Origin: Amoeboradix gromovi X-113
Lineage: Eukaryota > Fungi > Sanchytriomycota
Direction of reading: 5' to 3'
Assembly (NCBI GenBank): GCA_018985225.1
Contig: JADGIF010000546.1
Coordinates: 1-6,847, forward strand
Length of the DNA: 6,847 nucleotides
Program-made: the position numbers and the translations under genes
Notes under the pieces: generated by a model
Seen by the model: the letters and a program-made list of their open reading frames with translations, nothing else
What the model was told of the DNA's origin: nothing
Databases searched by the model: none
Shown: one piece after another, positions 1 through 6,457 of the stretch
How positions within the stretch are numbered: position 1 is the stretch's first letter
Layout of the letters: every line of letters begins with the position of its first letter

Positions 1-1
1 T

Positions 2-136
2 AATGAGGCCTATTCAACCATAACTTGCTTCAAATGCGATCATCAAGGTCGAGCGAATGTCAATGATAGTTGGTTTCATTGTCAGCAATGCGGTCACCAA
101 GACCATAGAGATATCAATCCAGGTACTTCAAAATAA
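2..136 (+). CDS. 3' fragment of a TnpB/Fanzor-type RNA-guided nuclease (RuvC-II region, Zn finger, RuvC-III); runs off the window start and may be degenerate
   Basis: Frame from nt 2 reads NEAYSTITCFKCDHQGRANVNDSWFHCQQCGHQDHRDINPGTSK*. This fits the TnpB/Fanzor C-terminal pattern E-x-Y-S/T...CxxC...CxxC...RD-x-N. The usual AA-x-NI after it is missing, so the end may be damaged. Not in the ORF track. Confidence 0.85.
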   Translation, partial: NEAYSTITCFKCDHQGRANVNDSWFHCQQCGHQDHRDINPGTSK

Positions 137-255
137 TGTAGGCAAGAGCATGCCCAAATGGTATCTCCCCAAGTTGCCTACACTTGAGAAGTGTGGGGTT
201 TGAAATCTTCTTGATTTTCGAATTCTTCACATTTAACGTAGGCGAACAGTTTCGG
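137..255 (+). ncRNA. Putative omegaRNA scaffold / transposon right end after the nuclease fragment
   Basis: Starts directly after the stop. Contains a 9-bp inverted repeat TGTAGGCAA (137-145)/TTGCCTACA (174-182) and a hairpin ACACTT-GAG-AAGTGT (180-194). TTCTTGATTTT...TTTAACGTAGG (to 242) resembles the other right ends. The true end is either GG 241-242 or GG 254-255. Confidence 0.55.
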
Positions 256-762
256 CGTTTTCAACAGCTATCGAGTTTGTAGAATGAATTATTTATCGAG
301 AATCTGTATGTATTATTATACAGTTGCATAATTTTTCTAGATTTTTCAAAATACCTTAAGCACTCGATATTCTTAATTTTAGCAAATGGTAAATGGAATC
401 AATGCATGCAATCCTTAATATGTCAAGTCTAAGAAATAACTAATATTTACAGTTTACATTGATCAACGTTTACCACATGTGCGACAATGCGATATGGCAG
501 GTAGCTTGTTACTGCTGAATAGTATTTGATTGCAAACCTAGCGAACAGTAGGCGTTGAGTGTATGAAGCTGAAGAAAGGCAATTTGGAGACATAAATACA
601 CAAACTGTCATTAGGAAGCGGATAGAGACCAATTACAGCAAGTAATATATGCAAATAGAATCCCAATTCAATCCCATCTCAGGGAAGTGAAGGAGTGACT
701 GGCATTGCGAGTTTCTTGTTGAAGATTCTTGATTTTGTCGAAAGTCATGACTTTTAGCGAGG
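254..762 (+). mobile_element. Internally deleted IS607/Fanzor2-like element (copy A), possibly composite
   Basis: GG at 254-255, then left-end motif GAATGAATTATTTATCGAGA at 282. A tnpA start relic at 386 reads MVNGINACNP*YVKSK versus MVNGTKTHNPEYVKSK at 6597. A nuclease C-terminal relic at ~556-655 (AAACTGTCAT...GATAGAGACCA...CAGCAAG) aligns to copy B. The right end TTCAATCCCATCTCAGGGAAGTGAA...TTTTAGCGAGG ends at 762. Confidence 0.8.
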
Positions 763-812
763 ATCTTTTTTGAGACATTTGTTTTAGATAATTTGTCTAG
801 CTTTTGTAGAGT

Positions 813-1839
813 ATGTCCCAATTGCTTTTACTACTATCTACCATAGTAATCGCTCATAATAATTGGGCAGTTTTGGTATGCACTTCAAGGTTCTGGTTTA
901 ATTACAGACATACTGCAAACACATTGAGCATTTACCATACAATAAAGAAACTTGGGATTCCTGACAATCAGATTATACTGATGCTATCTGAAGACTCAGC
1001 ATGCAACGCCAGAAATACATTTCCAGGAACAGTTTATAACAATAATAAGAGAAGTACAAATCTCTATGGTGAAAACGTTGAAGTAGACTATCGTGGATAT
1101 GACGCAAATGTTGATTCATTTCTGCGGGTTTTAACCGGTAGAACTAAAAACATGCCTATTTCGAAGCAGCTAAGAACGGACGATCAATCTAAAATACTAA
1201 TATATCTCACTGGCCACGGTGGTGACAAGTTTTTAAAGTTCCAAGATCACGAGGAGTTAACTGCCCAGGATTTAGCTGATTCATTTGCACAGATGTATGA
1301 TCGCAACAGGTATAAAGAAATACTGTTTATGATTGATACCTGTCAAGCCAATACCATGTACTCTCAAATTTATAGCCCAAACATTTTATCCACGGGAAGC
1401 TCTGCAAAAGATGAAAACAGTTACAGTTATGAACACTCAGATGAAATCGGGACAGCCGTAATTGATAGATGGACCTATAGTACGCTAAAGTTCTTTGAAA
1501 AGATAGATATTGAGAGCAAAGAGTCTATGCATGATTTGGTAGCTATTACTAACAAAGTTTATGAGTCATGATTTGGGGTTTATCCACTCTAATCCTGGTG
1601 TTAGAACTGATTTGATGGAAAGACAGACTTCTCAAATCAAAGTTACGGATTTCTTTGGGTCCCTTCAGAATTCTATATTAACAAAAAGAAATTCAATCTA
1701 CACGGTACCCAAAAACATGGAGAGTATACCACTTCATTTGAATGCTGGCTTCGAAAAGGAGCGTCATCATGAAGAGACAAAAGATGCTAAATTAACAAAC
1801 GGACGGTTCCTAGGATTCTTGTTAAAGTTTATTGTTTGA
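813..1839 (+). CDS. GPI8: GPI-anchor transamidase catalytic subunit (peptidase C13, Gpi8/PIG-K); exons 813-1538 and 1558-1839, 335 aa
   Basis: Signal peptide followed by HNNWAVLVCTSRFWFNYRH, VEVDYRG, the catalytic His motif TGHGG and the catalytic Cys motif DTCQA. Removing a 19-nt intron joins the two ORF-track pieces into HDLFMSHDLGFIHSNPGVRTDL, which fits the family C-terminal motif. Confidence 0.95.
1539..1557 (+). other. 19-nt spliceosomal intron in GPI8 (phase 0)
   Basis: GTAGCTATTACTAACAAAG has GT...AG ends and a canonical TACTAAC branch point. Its removal corrects the +1 frame offset between ORFs 813-1571 and 1561-1839. Confidence 0.88.
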
Positions 1840-1936
1840 ATAAATACTATTGCATTAATCAGATTCTTTTATTGTGATAGCCAAAGTTTTCTTAGCTAAA
1901 GGTTTATAATAGAGTATTGACAGTTCACATTTCCAA

Positions 1937-2175
1937 CTGAATAAACAATTCATCTTGATAACATAATTTTATTGTTATAATAGACCGTCTATGTAAGACT
2001 CTCAAGTTACGTATACAGTATTCTGGGATTTGTATTCTTGAAATATGGCTGCAAGTGTTCTTGGCTAGTATGTATCCAGTCCAAACACGCCCAAGCCTTT
2101 ATCTATTTTCTTCTACAGTCAGAAGATGGTCTACTAATAAAGCTTTCGTCTAAGAAAAGGAAAGACAATGATGGA
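1937..2175 (+). mobile_element. Degenerate IS607-like left end plus tnpA 5' relic (copy E)
   Basis: CTGAATAAACAATTCATCTTGATAACATAATTT resembles 6292 CTGAATAAATCATTTATCGTGATTACAAGAATTT. An ATG at 2045 lies 106 nt after the motif (104 nt in copy A). Translation gives MAASVLG*YVSS and, after a frameshift, SSTVRRWSTNK versus SSTLRNWSKHGK in the TnpA HTH. Confidence 0.6.
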
Positions 2176-2245
2176 ATCCGATGAATAATATACTGGTCTA
2201 GAGAATACAAGGCTGAACTCTGAAGAAAGCAACTTGGCTATAACT

Positions 2246-2385
2246 CCTCGTTGAAAGACCAGATTTGCGGGAAAATCGAGAATTTACACAGAGAAACTAG
2301 CAGTGCTAGTTTCTCCGTTACAGTGATTGCTCACGCTTTCACTACCCTGAGGCGGGATTGAATAAGTATGCAGATACTTGATGTA
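2246..2385 (-). ncRNA. Putative omegaRNA scaffold of copy B (best-preserved copy); 5' boundary uncertain
   Basis: Overlaps the nuclease 3' end. Contains an AGTGA/TCACT stem enclosing GC-GTGA-GC (GNRA loop) and a perfect 11-bp hairpin at 2291-2301/2305-2315. Ends at the GG where similarity to copies A and C stops. Confidence 0.65.
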
Positions 2386-2605
2386 CATGTTCCTTGCTGC
2401 CATATGGTCTCTATCTATCTTCAAATGACAATTTGTACAGGTTCAGGTTTCTAAATTAGTTTTCTTGAAAGTACCATACCTCGTACATGGCATCGAATTT
2501 GTTCCTTGGTGCCATGTGGTCCATGTCGACTTCCAAACGACACTATGAACATGAATAGCTCTCCCAATTGTTTTTCTTTAGAGTGCCACATATTCTACAT
2601 GGCAT
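2284..2605 (-). pseudogene. TnpB/Fanzor2 C-terminal relics, two tandem diverged copies
   Basis: From 2605: MPCRICGTLKKNNWESYSCS*CRLEVDMDHMAPRN. From 2493: MPCTRYGTFKKTNLET*TCTNCHLKIDRDHMAARNMYIKYL..., stop at 2286-2284. Both show the Zn finger and the second has an intact RuvC-III DRD-xx-AARN motif. Each has an internal stop. Confidence 0.88.
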
Positions 2606-2821
2606 CAAATTTTCGTGTTTGGATCAGCTTATCAGTCTGAGACGAATGTATGCTGTACCTGCTAGTCATTTCTTTAGATTTGATTTACCACTTGTGAAAA
2701 GTATTTCGAGTATTTAAGCTGTTAGAAAAGTCTTGAAATTATACAAAAATGCATACAGATTCGCGATACATGATTTATTCAAGAAAACAATCGAGCTGCA
2801 ATTTTACCAGTGATTAGTAAT

Positions 2822-2980
2822 TATATGGTAGCAAGGAAAGCAAACCTAAAATACATGCATTTATATTTAAATCTAACCTGGAGTAGTGGATGCGTAAGCA
2901 AAAAGTTTAAGGAAGTAAATATCATTTCAGTTTCACTATGAATTTCTTGACATTCGGGTAAATCAGCCCAGTTAATTAGG
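2822..2980 (+). mobile_element. Lone degenerate right end / omegaRNA-like segment (copy C)
   Basis: TATGGTAGCAAGGAA...GTAGTGGATGCGTAAGCAA...AGTTTCACTATGAATTTCTTGACATTCGGGTAAATC...TTAGG is collinear with copy B TATGGCAGCAAGGAA...GTAGTGAAAGCGTGAGCAA...AGTTTCTCTGTGTAAATTCTCGATTTTCCCGCAAATC...CGAGG. Confidence 0.75.
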
Positions 2981-3071
2981 GGTCCACAGAGTATCTTGAA
3001 AATGATATTTTGATCCTATAAAGCTTTACCCTTCTACAAGCATTAAACAGATGCACTTCACAGCAATTTTA

Positions 3072-5032
3072 TTATTTTTCTTTTTTAAACATTCCTAAAA
3101 TCTTCTTTTTTCCTTTCTTGTCTTCTTGTTTTAGTGTCGGACCATGGGGATCTATCACCTCTCCATATCCATATTCAGGCTCAAATTTTATTCCAGCCAG
3201 ACTTCTCAGGTTCTTCAAAACACCAATAAAAAGATCTGGTGTCAGCATTTGGGTGGTGCCGATTAGGATTTCTTTGTTTCTAGCTTGCGATACTTCATAA
3301 ACGCTTCTAATCTCCGAATAGGTGACTCCGCCTAATGCAAACACAATTAATCTGTTTCCCTTTGCTGCCTTTTCTTTGTCTTCCAACCCTCTTGTACTCC
3401 AACTAGCCTTGGTCCTATGTTAATTAATGCATACGTTCTAAGCGATTGACCGTTATTACTCGATAACTGCGTTCTGTCATCTTTTGGTTCTCTTACTGCT
3501 GGCCACGCTGATTTGTCAAAGGTGCCATCACAAAAATCTTCTAGGGCATTTTTTAGATTAGGGACAAATCTGGAGAGCTCAAACGGCACATCATCAGGTT
3601 TCCGCTTCTTAGAAAACACCTTTTTGACACTTTTCGTCAACTTTGCTGTTTTGTTTTTAGTTAGCTGAACACCAAAGTAAGCATAGTTAGTTATGGCTTC
3701 TGCATCTTGATATGGTATATTAGCATGTTCTAACAACTTGCGTCTATCGTCGTCTTTTATTCCGCTCTTAAAGTAAATGTATAGCATCATTATTATTAAC
3801 TTATCATCAACACGCATATCTGGAGCGTCTAATACCTCTACAATATCAGCTATTATATTCTTCAAGCTGTCTCCGTTGCTACTCTCTCCAGTAGCCAGGT
3901 TCTGCTCTAGAGGAGCAATTTCAGAAAATCGCCTCTTATTGAAATACTCCATGCAATCTTGAGCTAGTGTTAAATGAACAGCATACTTGTCTTTTAAATC
4001 CTGATACTGTGGTAAATCTTGCAAAACTCTTTTAAGATCGTTGATGTTGACTTCAGTATTAGCATCTCTCTTCCCTGCCGCCTGAGATGCCGCCTTGTTC
4101 TCGCTTAGGAATTTCGTAAACTCACTAGTGATAGTTTGTGACACCTCAGCAATGTGCTTATGCCTTAATACTGTCCAAAGTTTATCAAACTCATCTGGTA
4201 GTATTTCCTTTTCTTGAGTAGAACCATCTATTGCAGAGCCCTTGCAGACGAATTTGTTGTTTCTTTTGGGTAGCAAATCGTGAGCCATGGCTTCATACGT
4301 GAACTCGTGCAACAATGGCGCACAAGGATCAAAGCTGCGATCGTAGATTAAAATCGTCGAAGAAACAGCTGAGTTCTTATAGTCATCATCGGTTCTTCTA
4401 AGCTTATCTAGTTCTTGTTGTAAAGATATTGCAAATCTGTTAGTTTTCGATGTCGAGTTATCGCCAAAATAACGTATAGTTGGATATTCACCTAAAGAGT
4501 AGCATACTCCAGCAAACCTCTGAGCAGTAACCGCAAGGTCATAATTAGCTGCGTTTCCATTTCCAGAAGGACTGAACAGATGGTATATTATATTTGGCAT
4601 ATTAACCGTAAAAGTAAAAGAATCAATAGGGAGAAAATCGAAATATACATCTACCAGTTTCTTTATATACTTGGAGGAATTAGAGTTTTTAATCTCTTCA
4701 AACAGCTCATCACTAAGTGGCGAAGAAAAATAAACATATGCACCACTATACAACTTATTTTTACCCTGCGGCCAGTCGTAAATAAATCGACGGACAGATT
4801 CCGGGCATGGTGAGAGGAAATAAACAGCGTCCTGATTTTGAAATGGCTGTCTTTTCTTTTGAAGAGATTCAATCAGCGTGATGTTTTCACTAAGGATATC
4901 ATACATACTCATACAGTTATTTAATAATTTTACCGTTAGTGGATCAACTACCAGAACTCGAAGCATATTCTCAGTTGGCTGCAAAAGCTCCTTCTTTATT
5001 CTAGTTTTTACCACCTCGCGTAAATTCGTCAT
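3072..5032 (-). CDS. SEC1: Sec1/Munc18 (SM) family exocytic protein; exons 5032-3435 and 3414-3072, 646 aa
   Basis: SM motifs VLVVD, RQP...DAVYFLSP, GEYPTIRY, DRSFDPCAPLLHEFTYEAMAHDLL, EQNLATG, FELSRFVP and RLIVFALGGVTYSEIR. A 20-nt intron joins the two ORF-track pieces as QSLRTTKASWSTRG. Confidence 0.95.
3415..3434 (-). other. 20-nt spliceosomal intron in SEC1 (phase 2)
   Basis: Minus strand GTATGCATTAATTAACATAG has a GTATG donor, a TTAAC branch-like motif and a TAG acceptor. Its removal restores the frame (1598+343=1941 nt). Confidence 0.88.
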
Positions 5033-5058
5033 GAAAAAATAAAATTCAAGGAGATTAT

Positions 5059-5361
5059 TTATTTAGGTTTAGCGAATCCAGACTGTATAAGATCCTCAAT
5101 TTCGTCTGTATATCGCTCGCTATGGATTCCAACAGATCTATCCATAAAAGGGGCAGCTAGTTCAAAAGAGACAGAATCAACCGGTGGACAGCACTTTAAA
5201 CGCTGAAGTTTGCGAATCTGCAATAAAGGACGCAAGATTTTCTCTTCATCCCTTGTGCATTGATCAGGAACATTCAAAAGATAAAGAAATCTTTCTCTTT
5301 CTGATATCAATGCAGTTCTAAAAGATTCACTAACATCATATGGATTTTGCTGATGTTTCAT
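5059..5361 (-). CDS. Hypothetical protein, 100 aa
   Basis: ATG-to-TAA ORF that almost exactly fills the gap between SEC1 and the IQUB-like gene (26 and 31 nt spacers). No motif recognised. Confidence 0.55.
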   Translation of the reverse strand: MKHQQNPYDVSESFRTALISERERFLYLLNVPDQCTRDEEKILRPLLQIRKLQRLKCCPPVDSVSFELAAPFMDRSVGIHSERYTDEIEDLIQSGFAKPK

Positions 5362-5392
5362 CAGGTTTTTCGAGGTCAGTTACTCAAATAAT

Positions 5393-6295
5393 ATGACCTC
5401 GGTAGGCAGGATTGCATTTAAAGTAAACGAGATGGATTATTACAATAATGCAAGCCAAACTGCTAATAATAAAGTGTTTCCTGATTCAGTTTCGAAAAAA
5501 ACATTTTGTTCGCCGAGTACCTTCCATTCTATTCAAACAAATAAGAACTTCAGCTCACAGACAACTGCATATTGCCAGAAAATTGGCAGGTTAGTAAGTG
5601 TCAGGATCTATGTCCCGCATGATGAAAACTTTAAAACAAAAACAGTAATTACTATCCAAAGATGGTGGAGAATACAAATGGCAGTTGGAAAGATTTTCGC
5701 CGTTATAAAAGAGTGGAATTTGTATTGCCAGGAACGAGTTGTGCAGAGAGAACATTCTCGAGTAAAAGCTGTTAAAGAAGCAAAAGAAGATAAAATAAAA
5801 AGAACATATCCGCACACTAGGGCGCATGTTAATTTTTGGGAAGAAGAGCTCTTAAAATGGAAAAAAGAACAGTTACAGAAGCTCGAAAATAATTCTGATA
5901 AAGAATATCGCAGAAAAATCAATTTGGAAATTCTTGAATACGAAGCCAAGATTTATAGAGATTTATCACATCGAATGTATCTGTATCAAAAGAAAAGAAT
6001 TATTGAAAAAAGAGTTGAATTTTTGGAAGACAGCGCCAAATCCTTAAAATATTCGGTGCTTACAGATAACCCTGCAACGCTGGGAGCCGCCGATGTATTG
6101 CTACAATATAACCTAATCATTGGAGAGAGTGAAGACATGATCGAACGATTAAAAGTCCACAAAAATAAAGAAATACAGATGCTATCACTTCGTGAAGAGG
6201 AGTTCAGAAAAAGAAGTTTGAAGGTTAATGGCATTCGACATCGATTAGGCTATGCATTTTTCAAATTTGCAGAATCGGTCGTCGATTTTAGCTGA
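5393..6295 (+). CDS. IQUB: Divergent, short IQUB/FAP253-like IQ-motif protein (ciliary radial spoke component)
   Basis: IQ motif VITIQRWWR. Segments recalled from IQUB occur in the expected order: DYYNNASQT, RTYPHTRAHVNFWEEELLKWKKEQL, LEILEYEAKI, LREEEF...GIRHRLGYAFFKF. No N-terminal ubiquitin-like domain is visible. Assignment is from memory of the family, not a search. Confidence 0.7.
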   Translation: MTSVGRIAFKVNEMDYYNNASQTANNKVFPDSVSKKTFCSPSTFHSIQTNKNFSSQTTAYCQKIGRLVSVRIYVPHDENFKTKTVITIQRWWRIQMAVGKIFAVIKEWNLYCQERVVQREHSRVKAVKEAKEDKIKRTYPHTRAHVNFWEEELLKWKKEQLQKLENNSDKEYRRKINLEILEYEAKIYRDLSHRMYLYQKKRIIEKRVEFLEDSAKSLKYSVLTDNPATLGAADVLLQYNLIIGESEDMIERLKVHKNKEIQMLSLREEEFRKRSLKVNGIRHRLGYAFFKFAESVVDFS

Positions 6296-6410
6296 ATAAA
6301 TCATTTATCGTGATTACAAGAATTTGAATAGGTTATCTTTTTGGACTTTTTTTAGAAGAAAAAACTGGATTTCTGTCACATCCTCTACAAATGGCTTAAA
6401 ACCTTGGATT
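6292..6410 (+). mobile_element. Degenerate IS607-like left end (copy D) overlapping the IQUB-like stop codon
   Basis: TGAATAAATCATTTATCGTGA matches copy B TGAATAAATCATGTATCGCGA at 19/21. CAAATGGCT follows about 97 nt later, at roughly the spacing of the tnpA start. Confidence 0.6.
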
Positions 6411-6457
6411 CAGAACGTGCTTAATTAAAGATGTCATCAAGTGATGCAGAATAATTA

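Larger units (their letters stand above)
2246..2808 (-). mobile_element. Internally deleted IS607/Fanzor2-like element (copy B) with both GG ends
   Basis: On the minus strand: GG (2808-2807), 26 nt, left motif GAATAAATCATGTATCGCGAATCTGTATG, tnpA relic KSKEMTSRYSIHSS (~2691-2610), two tandem nuclease C-terminal relics, then a structured right end finishing TTTCAACGAGG at 2246. Confidence 0.87.

Noticed and set aside
1-762. Bacterial contamination as the source of the IS-like sequence
   Set aside because: The relics are interleaved with intron-bearing eukaryotic genes at three separate places, have similar AT-rich composition and are heavily decayed. Read-level confirmation is still advisable.
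447-821. Minus-strand ORFs 447-632 and 633-821
   Set aside because: They are short, have no motifs, and are antisense to element copy A.
1561-1839. Separate 92-aa gene or programmed frameshift (same question for 3072-3386)
   Set aside because: Both are better explained as second exons after GT-AG introns with branch motifs.
2291-2315. Rho-independent terminator or CRISPR repeat
   Set aside because: The context is eukaryotic, there is no adjacent U-tract and no repeat-spacer periodicity, and the hairpin lies within the element right end.
2983-3071. Additional element fragment downstream of SEC1
   Set aside because: No convincing similarity to the left or right ends on either strand. It is probably the SEC1 3' UTR.
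3118-4872. Small ORFs 3118-3300, 3777-3962, 4580-4813 and 4663-4872
   Set aside because: They are shadow or alternate-frame ORFs inside SEC1.
5591-6234. Minus-strand ORFs 5591-5827, 5608-5949 and 5986-6234
   Set aside because: They are antisense shadows of the K/E-rich IQUB-like ORF.
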